NCBI GenBank assembly: GCA_000388065.2
Contig: KB932207.1
Source: Fonticula alba ATCC 38817
Lineage: Eukaryota > Protista > Nucleariida
DNA: 6,718 nucleotides
Direction: 5' to 3' (one strand)
The position numbers and the translations under genes are program-made. Below, piece by piece: positions 1 through 6,622 of this stretch (within the stretch, counting starts at the first letter, position 1; every line of letters starts with the position of its first letter). Below the pieces are notes generated by a model. That model had not been told where the DNA came from, ran no database searches, and was given only the letters and a program-made list of their open reading frames with translations.

Positions 1-173
1 CGCTTCGCGTGCCGACCCCCCACCCCCACCCACCGGCCTCTCCCTCGCCTCGAGCTTCGCGCCCGAGAAGAGCCCTCACAAGAAGAAAGGCCACTCATCA
101 CCCTCTGAGAGCGTGTCACAGCCACCCTCTCACCCTTTCCCCCCTCCATCCCCCTTCGCGTTCCTCCGGACCG

Positions 174-567
174 GTACGTCGTGCCGGCCGGGCACCTGGC
201 CCCAGCCTCCGGCCGCGATCTGCCGCCCCGGCCAGATCGCCTTTCCCCCTCCTCCTTCTCCTCGCTTCCCCGGGTCCCCTCGTCCCCGGTGTGCCTTCCT
301 CGCCCGCCGGCCACCACTGTCGCCCGTGGCCTCCCTCGCCCCCCCTCCCCCCCCCCCTGTTCCTGGACTTACCGGCCTCCCGCTCACTGGGCACCCTCGC
401 CTCCCCCTCCTGCCTCGCATCCCTCCTGTTCCGCATCTCCTCCCCCTTCGGCCCGGCCCTGTGCATGGTGGTCCAGCTACCAAAGTGTCTTCGGGTGTCC
501 TCCCTGCCAGCCCTCTTCCCGCCCGCCCTCTCTGCCGCGGCCCCTGACATCTCGGCCTCCCAGACAG
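174..567 (+). other. Candidate upstream intron (5' UTR or N-terminal coding)
   Basis: ccg|GTACGT donor at 174, pyrimidine-rich interior, branch-like CTGAC at 544-548, and tandem acceptors cAG (562-563) and cAG (566-567) just before ATG 570. Confidence 0.5.
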
Positions 568-569
568 CC

Positions 570-868
570 ATGCACAGCCGATCCGATCGAGAGGCTAGCA
601 CCGAGGAGGACAGCCACTCCCCTACCGATGCCTGGAGCGATGCGCTCGCACATTCGGACCAGCCGGTGTCGCGAGGGGCCGGCAGCCAGGCGGCCGGTCG
701 TCCGAGTGCGGTGACCGGCGTGCCTGGCGACCTGGATCCCCGCACAGTGTTCCTGGCTCGGTCCACCAATGGTGTGGACTTCTTTCCGACGGTGTCTGCC
801 AGGACCAACCCGGCCGGAGTCCTCGAACAGCTCCAAGACTTCATCACCAACATCGGCAAACTTCCATG
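570..868 (+). CDS. STE12: Ste12-like transcription factor, coding exon with Ser/acidic N-terminal region and start of the STE domain
   Basis: ATG at 570 in gccATG context gives MHSRSDREASTEEDSHSP...VLEQLQDFITNIGKLP(W). The last ~16 residues align with the STE N-terminal segment (e.g. VDNLKYFLLSAPVDW type). The exon ends at a GTGCGT donor (869) in phase 2. The start is uncertain: an in-frame ATG exists at 465, and an upstream exon is possible. The symbol denotes family membership, not proven orthology. Confidence 0.75.
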
Positions 869-879
869 GTGCGTGTCGG

Positions 880-881
<2 letters not shown>

Positions 882-921
<40 letters not shown>
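882..921 (+). repeat. (TC)n microsatellite with one interruption
   Basis: About 20 TC units, with an A at 911. It lies just inside the 869 donor. Confidence 0.95.
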
Positions 922-1214
922 CTTCTGCCTCATGTCTCGTGGTGCTGGTCGTTCACCCGAGATGGCCGGAGAGCCCCGCACCCACCATGATGTCCACTCT
1001 CCCTGTCTGGCCTTACTCCCTGATCTAATCCCCCCCCCCCCCTCTCTCCCTCACCCCTGCCACTCGGAAGGCGTACTTCTGGCGCAGCTGGAATGGCCCG
1101 GTGCACAACTTCATCGTCGCCCATGTGTATCTCCCCCTGCAGGAGTCCGGCGCGGCATCGCGCGTCCTGGACACGGGCATGACTTGTGCTGTTACGGCAC
1201 AGCCCGATCATCCA

Positions 1215-1330
1215 TTCTCCCTCTCTCCCCCTCTCTCTCTGTCTCTCCTTCTCTCTGTCTCTCCCTCCCTCTCTCTCCCTCTCTCTCTGTCTCTCCCCCC
1301 CTCTCTCTCTCCCCCTCCCCCTCCCCCTTC
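1215..1330 (+). repeat. Compound CT-rich repeat / homopyrimidine tract
   Basis: Almost purely C/T. The 14-mer CTCTCTGTCTCTCC occurs at 1235-1248, 1251-1264 and 1283-1296. Confidence 0.9.
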
Positions 1331-1420
1331 TGCATGTCTGCTTACTCGTTCTCGCTTTCCTTCCTTTGCCTTCCTCCCCCTTCCCTCTTTCTCTCCCCAC
1401 ATCCCCATGCGCACTCTCAG

Positions 1421-1733
1421 GTTTAGCCCCGGCGCCCTGGCCAAGTTCCACCTCTTCGAGGAGTGCATCTCCTGTGTCCACTGGAACAACGACCGGCTCA
1501 TTACCGGCACCGACATCGTCAAGGTCATAACCTGGCGATTCCGCCTCGAGAGACAGCCGATCCGCGACCGGAAGAAGTTTGAAGAGGGCGTCTTCAGTGA
1601 CCTGCGCTCGCTCAAGCCCGGTCAAGATGCCCTGCTGGAGGCCCCGCGGTCCATGCTTCTCGACTTCCTCCATCGGAGCCGGTGCATTCGTACGCACAAA
1701 AAGCAAAAAGTCTTCTTCTGGAACTCGGTCCAG
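1421..1733 (+). CDS. STE12: Ste12-like transcription factor, exon with the core STE DNA-binding domain
   Basis: Translates as FSPGALAKFHLFEECISCVHWNNDRLITGTDIVKVITWRFRLERQPIRDRKKFEEGVFSDLRSLKPGQDALLEAPRSMLLDFLHRSRCIRTHKKQKVFFWNSVQ. This contains the STE hallmark motifs SCVxWNN, ITGTDIV, KKFEEG(I/V)FSDLR-LK-G-DA-LE-P, and CIRTxKKQKVFxW. It is flanked by a ctctcAG acceptor (1419-1420) and a cag|GTGCGT donor (1734). Confidence 0.95.
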
Positions 1734-1828
1734 GTGCGTCACTCCTCCCATCCCCCCCCCCTCCTCCAATCTTCCCTTCTCCTCCCCCCAAAAAAGAGCC
1801 CACCTGTGGGAAAAAAGGCAGCTCGCCC

Positions 1829-1850
1829 TGGTGGTGGCGGTGGTGGCGGT
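1829..1850 (+). repeat. Short GGT/GGC trinucleotide repeat
   Basis: ggtggtggcggtggtggcggt. Confidence 0.8.
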
Positions 1851-2055
1851 GATCGCAGCGGGGGGGCTCAGGCGACAGCAGCGCTTCGCCACGCGCGCGT
1901 GTGCACGACCCCGCACGTCGGCGTGGGGATGCACAACCATTGTGTATATCCTCCTGCGTTGTTCTCTCTCTCCCCCCTCCCCCGTCCATCGCTCCCCCCG
2001 TTCCACCCTTCGCGCCCTTCCCTTTTCCCAACTGGCGGCTATGATGCCCCGAGTG

Positions 2056-2137
2056 ATGTGTGTGTATGTTTGTGTAAGTGCATATGTGAGTGCATGTGTA
2101 CATGTGTGCGTGTGTACATGTGTGCGTGTGTGTATGT
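2056..2137 (+). repeat. Degenerate (TG)n microsatellite
   Basis: Mostly alternating purine-pyrimidine tract. It includes a 16-bp tandem duplication CATGTGTGCGTGTGT(A/G) at 2101-2116 and 2117-2132. Confidence 0.9.
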
Positions 2138-2171
2138 TGTTTTGTCCGTTGGGCACCTACATACTTCCCAG

Positions 2172-2213
2172 CGTGGCCTCCGGGAGCCAGACTCACTGCG
2201 CCTCTCTGCCTGA
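2172..2213 (+). CDS. Candidate terminal exon of the STE gene (RGLREPDSLRLSA*)
   Basis: The acceptor ttcccAG at 2170-2171 is in phase 0, matching the donor at 1734, and TGA follows at 2211-2213. DSL falls at the same ungapped offset after ...WNSV as DAL in the canonical PHDRLFLDAL. The rest does not match, so support is weak. Confidence 0.3.
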   Translation, partial: RGLREPDSLRLSA

Positions 2214-2597
2214 GTGATGTGCGCCCACCGAGGGAAGAGTAGGCCCGTCGGAGAGCCCTCCGTTGTGGCAAGCCCGCGCCCCCCTCCATTGCCTCTCCTT
2301 TGCCTCGCTTCTGGGCATGTTTCCCTCCCGAGTCCATGTGCTTCCCCGTCTCTTTGGGCGAGCGTGTGCGCCCCCCCTCCTCCCAACCAGGCAGAGGGGT
2401 CGGTCCTCTTCTTCTGCGCGTGCCACGCTTCTTGGTTGCCCGGTCGCTCGTCTGTGTTCGGTCGCCTGCCGCTCTGCGTCGGTTCACCCGCCGGGAGGGG
2501 GGGGGAGGGGGGGCAGGGGACCCCGCGGCACGCACCCTCCCTCGCCCTCCCTCCTCTTCCCCCCTTCCCCCCCCCACTGTGGGCATGGAGGGCTGAG

Positions 2598-2604
2598 TGA
2601 AACA
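2598..2604 (+). promoter_or_regulatory. Match to the Ste12 pheromone response element (TGAAACA)
   Basis: Exact 7-mer match only; function not shown. Confidence 0.2.
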
Positions 2605-3799
2605 GCGACACATGACCGACACACCGTATGTCCCGTGCGCAGGCGCTCCGTCGGACGCGCGCGGTCACATGTCCACCATGTTGATTTCGCACGGGCTGGC
2701 TTCTCCCAGCCGCGGGGCCGCTTCTCCCTTCTCTCTCCCCCCCCTCCCAGCCCCGTCTTCCGTTGTCCCTTCTCCAGGAGGGGAGGTGCTCCGCCGTGGC
2801 GGCTGCGTGTGCCCGAGGGGGGGGGGGGAGCGTCCGCCAGGCCTCGAGCATGGGATTTCCAGCGCCCCCCCTCTCGCTAGGTGTGACGACCGGCAGGGGA
2901 CTACATGCGTGCCCCGGCCGGGGGCGAGGGAGCCCTTCGAGAACCTGGGTCCTCCCTGTGTCCCCCCCCCCCCCCTTGTGTCCGCCTTGCGAGAGGGAGC
3001 GAGGTAGGGGGCAAGCGGACGGGCGCCGTGTTGGGTGTTGGGGCGCCGAGCTCCGGCGTCGTGCGGGACCGACCCCCTCCTTGGCGGTTTTTTGACCCGC
3101 GCGCGAGAAGTGGGCAGGCCCCCTCCCCCCCCCCCCCCGGGCCGAAAAACAAGGGCTGTCAGGTTGCCGAAGTCGGCGGCCGGGCCGCCCGCTCCCCCAC
3201 CATCACTACTGCCGCCAACGTCCCGAGAGGGGCTGGCGGGATGGAAGGGGCGGGGAGGGGGTCCTTCTGCTGTCGTCGTGCCAGTCGCCTGCGCGGGGCC
3301 CTACTTTGCCCCCAACTTGCAACCCTCGCCCGGCGGCTGGGAAGAGGGGCAACCCCAGCCCCGATTAGGGTCAGGGGCCGCTTTTCCCCGGCCCTCGCAC
3401 CCTCGCCCTGTGCTCACTCGGGCCGGTGCGGAGCCGGAGGGCGGGCGGAGGGACCGGGAGTGCATGCAGGCCGTACGGGGAATCCGCCCCCAGTCATCCG
3501 TCTTGGGCCTGGGAGCTGGTCCTTGGACGGGGCGCCGTGTCCGGGCCATTGGCCGAGGGGCGCGTCACCCTGCGTGCGTGGTGCCTGTGCACCCATGTTC
3601 GAGGGGTCTCCGTCTTCCTCTCCCTCGTCCCCCCCCCTGGGCCATCGTGCGGATGAAGGGGGGCTGTATTCGGTGTGAGAGCCCCTCCCAACCGGGCGGA
3701 GCTGGTCTCCCTGCGAGGGAGGGGGGCGACGGCGGGGCCCCTGCATGCGCGCCCTTGCCCGTGGGCGCGACGTGTGTGTGTGCGCGTGCCCAGGCTCAC

Positions 3800-3806
3800 T
3801 GTTTCA
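3800..3806 (-). promoter_or_regulatory. Match to the Ste12 pheromone response element (TGAAACA on - strand)
   Basis: TGTTTCA on the + strand; exact 7-mer match only. Confidence 0.2.
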
Positions 3807-3938
3807 CCAGTGGGACGGACCGCGCATCGCGAAGGCCCCTCCCCAGGGGGTTGGGCGGTTCCCCCTGTGCCCCATCCGCGCCCCGCGTTTTTTCTGGTGG
3901 CCGTGCATCGGGCAGGCGGGGTTCCGCGCCCCCCCCCC

Positions 3939-3962
3939 GCCCGCCCGCCCGCCCGCCCGCCC
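3939..3962 (+). repeat. (GCCC)6 tetranucleotide repeat
   Basis: gcccgcccgcccgcccgcccgccc. Confidence 0.9.
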
Positions 3963-4356
3963 CCGACAGGCCCTCCTTCCTCCCGCGGCTGGCCCGGCCT
4001 GGGAAGCCGGTCAAACTGGCAGGGCGGTTTGCCGCCCTGGCCTGGCCCGGCCTGGGCACGAGGCACCCTCCTTACATGCGGGCGGCCGCGGACCTCGGAA
4101 TATTTCCGACGCCCGCCAGGCCCGTGTATGGCCCCCGCCTGGGCCGGGCCCAGTCATTTCCGGTTGGGGCCATCGAGGGAGGGGGCGGGCGGCGGGACAC
4201 GGGGGCCGGGCGGGGGGAGGTGCCTTGCTCGCCCTGCCTGCCCCGGGTCGCCGTGAACGACCTCATGCATGGGCGCGCCGCGCAACCACCGGGGCGAGCA
4301 CTGGCGCACCTGGCTCCTCGAAGGTGTGCCCGCCTCCCCCAACCCGCTGCCCCCCC

Positions 4357-4391
4357 GGGGGCGTGGGGGCGTGGGGGCGCGGGGGCGCGGG
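4357..4391 (+). repeat. (GGGGGCGY)4 tandem repeat, G-quadruplex-forming pattern
   Basis: G5-CGT-G5-CGT-G5-CGC-G5-CGC-GGG. Confidence 0.85.
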
Positions 4392-4506
4392 ACGCTGGAG
4401 GCAAGCGCGGTATCCCCCCTCGCTGCATGCCACCGAAGGGCTCCCGGGCGTCTGGTCGTAGACCTGGGAGCCAAGCGAGCGGCTGTGTCTTGGCGCGACT
4501 GGCTGT

Positions 4507-4522
4507 CTGGCTGGCTGGCTGG
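4507..4522 (+). repeat. (CTGG)4 tetranucleotide repeat
   Basis: ctggctggctggctgg. Confidence 0.85.
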
Positions 4523-4983
4523 GCTGCCCGCCTCGCTTGACCCAGTCCTCGGAGGCCATGCCCCCCCCCCCCGGCCGCGAGGGGAGGAGGGCGGGCCGCG
4601 CACTGTGCCACGCGCCCCGTCTCCCGAGCCGGAGGAAGGGCGGCCCGGAGGCACAGTCTCCCGCCCGCCCGGCCCGGGAGGCCGGAATTGTTGAGCCGAT
4701 TGTGTGTCATCATTCCCCCCCTCCCCGGGCGAGCACCGGCCGGGAGATATGCTTCCCGGAATTCCGCCGAGAGCAGGGTGGCTGCCCGACAGGCTCCCCA
4801 GCCGCGGTGAGTTCATCAGCATGCGCTGTGAGTCATCGCCTGCCCCCCGGCAGTTGGGCCTTCGCCGGGGTAGGGCGCACCATTGCCCCTGGGCCCCCGG
4901 CGGCGAGCCTGGCCGCTTCGCTCCCCCTCCCCCCTATCCCGGCCAGCGTCCGTGGTGACATTCCCCCCGCTTGCCGGGGGCGC

Positions 4984-4990
4984 CGTTTCA
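4984..4990 (-). promoter_or_regulatory. Match to the Ste12 PRE variant (TGAAACG on - strand)
   Basis: CGTTTCA on the + strand; fits TGAAACR. Confidence 0.15.
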
Positions 4991-5019
4991 GCCCTCGGCC
5001 GTGCGCGGCTGCCCCCTTC

Positions 5020-5044
5020 GGGGGCGGGGGCGCGGGGGCGGGGG
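5020..5044 (+). repeat. G5-C-G5-CGC-G5-C-G5, G-quadruplex-forming pattern
   Basis: Four G5 runs with loops of 1-3 nt. Confidence 0.8.
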
Positions 5045-6127
5045 CCGGAGCCGCTCGGGCAGGGCGGCTCCCCCGACCGGCCCCGACGCGCCGGGGGCAG
5101 CTGCGCACCAAGGACGCATGCATGCGTCCCCCCCCCCCCCCCCGGTGCGCGCACATGTGGGCTTGCGCATGCGCACGCATGTGAGCGTATATTCCGTCGT
5201 GCGCATGCTTGGGCGCTGCGCGCCGGCCGCGCACTTTCTCCCTGGCCCATCGGGGTGTCGGCCGCGGTCGAGTGCGCTTGTCGGGGAGGGGGGGGGGGCA
5301 CACAGGGCCGGGCGGTTTCTTGCTCTTTCCCCCTTCCTGCCCTGCCCCCCCCCCCACGGGGGCCGCATCTTGGCCCCGGGCCGCATGGGGGCAGGCGCGC
5401 AGCCCCGCGCTCTCCCCGCGCGCCCCCGGTGCCCCGGCGCCGAGGAGAACGGGCTCCCACGCACGCCCCCCCGGGGTCTCTCAGTTGGCCCCCTAAGGGT
5501 CGCTTTCGGGCCCCGTGTGCGTGCCAGTCTGCGCACCCCCCCCCCTCCCCGCCCCGCCTCGCGGCGGGCGTATGCTGCGGGAGGGTGTGCCCTCCGGCCC
5601 GGCGTCTGTCTCTGCGTGCGTGTGCCTTCTTCCTTTTTTTCTGAGGACACGCGCGGCGCCGGAGACATCGGTCTGCCTCCGAGAGACGAAGCGAGGTCGG
5701 GCGACTGGGTTTTGTCTCGCACCCGGCGGGGTGCGCATGCCCTGCGCCGGCGTGCTGGGGGTGTTGCTTCCATGTAAATATTTGGTTCCCCCCCAGCCCC
5801 GGCCCCGCCCGCGGCCTGCCCTTGCTTTCCCGGGGCCCGCGCGTGTCCTTTTCCCGGAGTTAGTGTCCGTGTTTGCCCTGCCCGGCTGCCTCCCCCCCCG
5901 GCGTGCAGGGTCTTGACCTTGGCGTCCCTTACCCCCCCCCCCCTCTCCCTGTGAGGGTCGCGCTTAATTTCGACGTGCGCTCGCGCTCGGCCTGGGAGTG
6001 CATGTCCCCCGCCCCCACCCCCTGGTGAGCCGCCGCCAGGCCCCTGTGCGGGTCACCCACATGCGTGCTTCTGCGAAAGGGCGCACGCGCGAGTCCGCGT
6101 GTGTGCATGCGTGGCCCTATGTCCCCC

Positions 6128-6149
6128 GGGGGGGGGGGGGGGGGGGGGG
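6128..6149 (+). repeat. (G)22 homopolymer
   Basis: The longest homopolymer in the window. C runs of 12-16 nt occur at 1030, 2962, 3125, 5128, 5932 and 6596. Confidence 0.95.
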
Positions 6150-6277
6150 CCGGGTGCCGGGCTACGCTCGCTCGGGGCGGCATCGCACCACGGTCGCCCG
6201 GAAAAGCGCCACCACCCCGGGCATGGCCCCTGAGTAGTGACGGCTCGAGCCCTGTGTGGCGGGTTGCAAGTGCATGC

Positions 6278-6282
6278 GTGTG

Positions 6283-6312
<30 letters not shown>
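6278..6312 (+). repeat. (GT)n followed by (GCGT)n microsatellite
   Basis: gtgtgtgtgtgtgtgtgtgcgtgcgtgcgtgcgtg. Confidence 0.9.
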
Positions 6313-6313
<1 letters not shown>

Positions 6314-6622
6314 AGGCGCTCCCCTCTCTGGGGCCCTCACAGTCACCACCACCATTACACCGGTCCTCGGACCGGCTGGCCGGCCAGGGGGACTTCCATG
6401 CGCGCGCATGTCCCTGCATGCCGGGGAGGGAAGGGGCCGGGGAGCCGGAGGGCGGTTCAAAATTTTGGGGAAACCACACAACCCGCCGCCTGAACCGGGT
6501 CCAGCGACAACCTCGGGCCCTGGCCGGGGCGGACGGGGACTCATAGTTCCGAGAGCGCATGCGGGCGCATGCGCCCGCGACTTCTCTGTTTTCCGCCCCC
6601 CCCCCCCCGACCGGCGGTGACC

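Larger units (their letters stand above)
869..1420 (+). other. Spliceosomal intron (552 nt, phase 2) in the STE gene
   Basis: GTGCGT donor, branch-like CTTAC at 1341-1345, long pyrimidine tract and ctctcAG acceptor. Splicing gives TG|G = Trp and the continuous STE-alignable sequence KLPWFSPGALAKFHL. An in-frame TAA at 1026-1028 blocks read-through. Confidence 0.88.
1734..2171 (+). other. Spliceosomal intron after the STE core exon (5' end confident, 3' end uncertain)
   Basis: cag|GTGCGT is identical to the 869 donor. STE similarity stops abruptly here, and C-rich and TG-repeat sequence follows. The acceptor at 2170-2171 is only a candidate. Confidence 0.5.

Noticed and set aside
9-1028. 339-aa ORF taken as one continuous CDS
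   Set aside because: It starts at GTG, is Pro-rich and low-complexity, and runs into the (TC)n repeat. Only 465/570-868 is supported as coding.
1822-1870. Hydrophobic stretch LALVVAVVAVIAAGGL resembling a transmembrane helix
   Set aside because: Produced by the GGT/GGC repeat read in another frame, and out of frame with the STE exon.
2074-2091. Consensus donors GTAAGT (2074) and GTGAGT (2086)
   Set aside because: Embedded in a TG microsatellite where such words arise easily; no matching plausible exon.
930-2156. 408-aa minus-strand ORF
   Set aside because: Antisense shadow of the STE exon and CT/TG repeats (ERERE, HTHT runs); no recognisable domain.
1101-2213. 370-aa ORF taken as one continuous CDS
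   Set aside because: It merges intronic CT and TG repeats with the real exon 1421-1733; splice signals explain it better.
3035-4540. 501-aa plus-strand ORF and the many overlapping ORFs on both strands in 2.2-6.6 kb
   Set aside because: Pro/Gly/Arg/Ala-rich with no motif, running through homopolymers and microsatellites. Long open frames are expected at about 70% GC.
4753-4766. TTCCCGGAA (STAT-type site) overlapping the palindrome CGGAATTCCG; also the TCGGAA-N3-TTCCGA dyad at 4095-4109
   Set aside because: Single short motifs with no supporting context.
5011-5025. GCCCCCTTCGGGGGC hairpin with a possible UUCG tetraloop
   Set aside because: Stem of only 4-6 bp of C/G runs, with no U tract or larger RNA fold; not a terminator or ncRNA.
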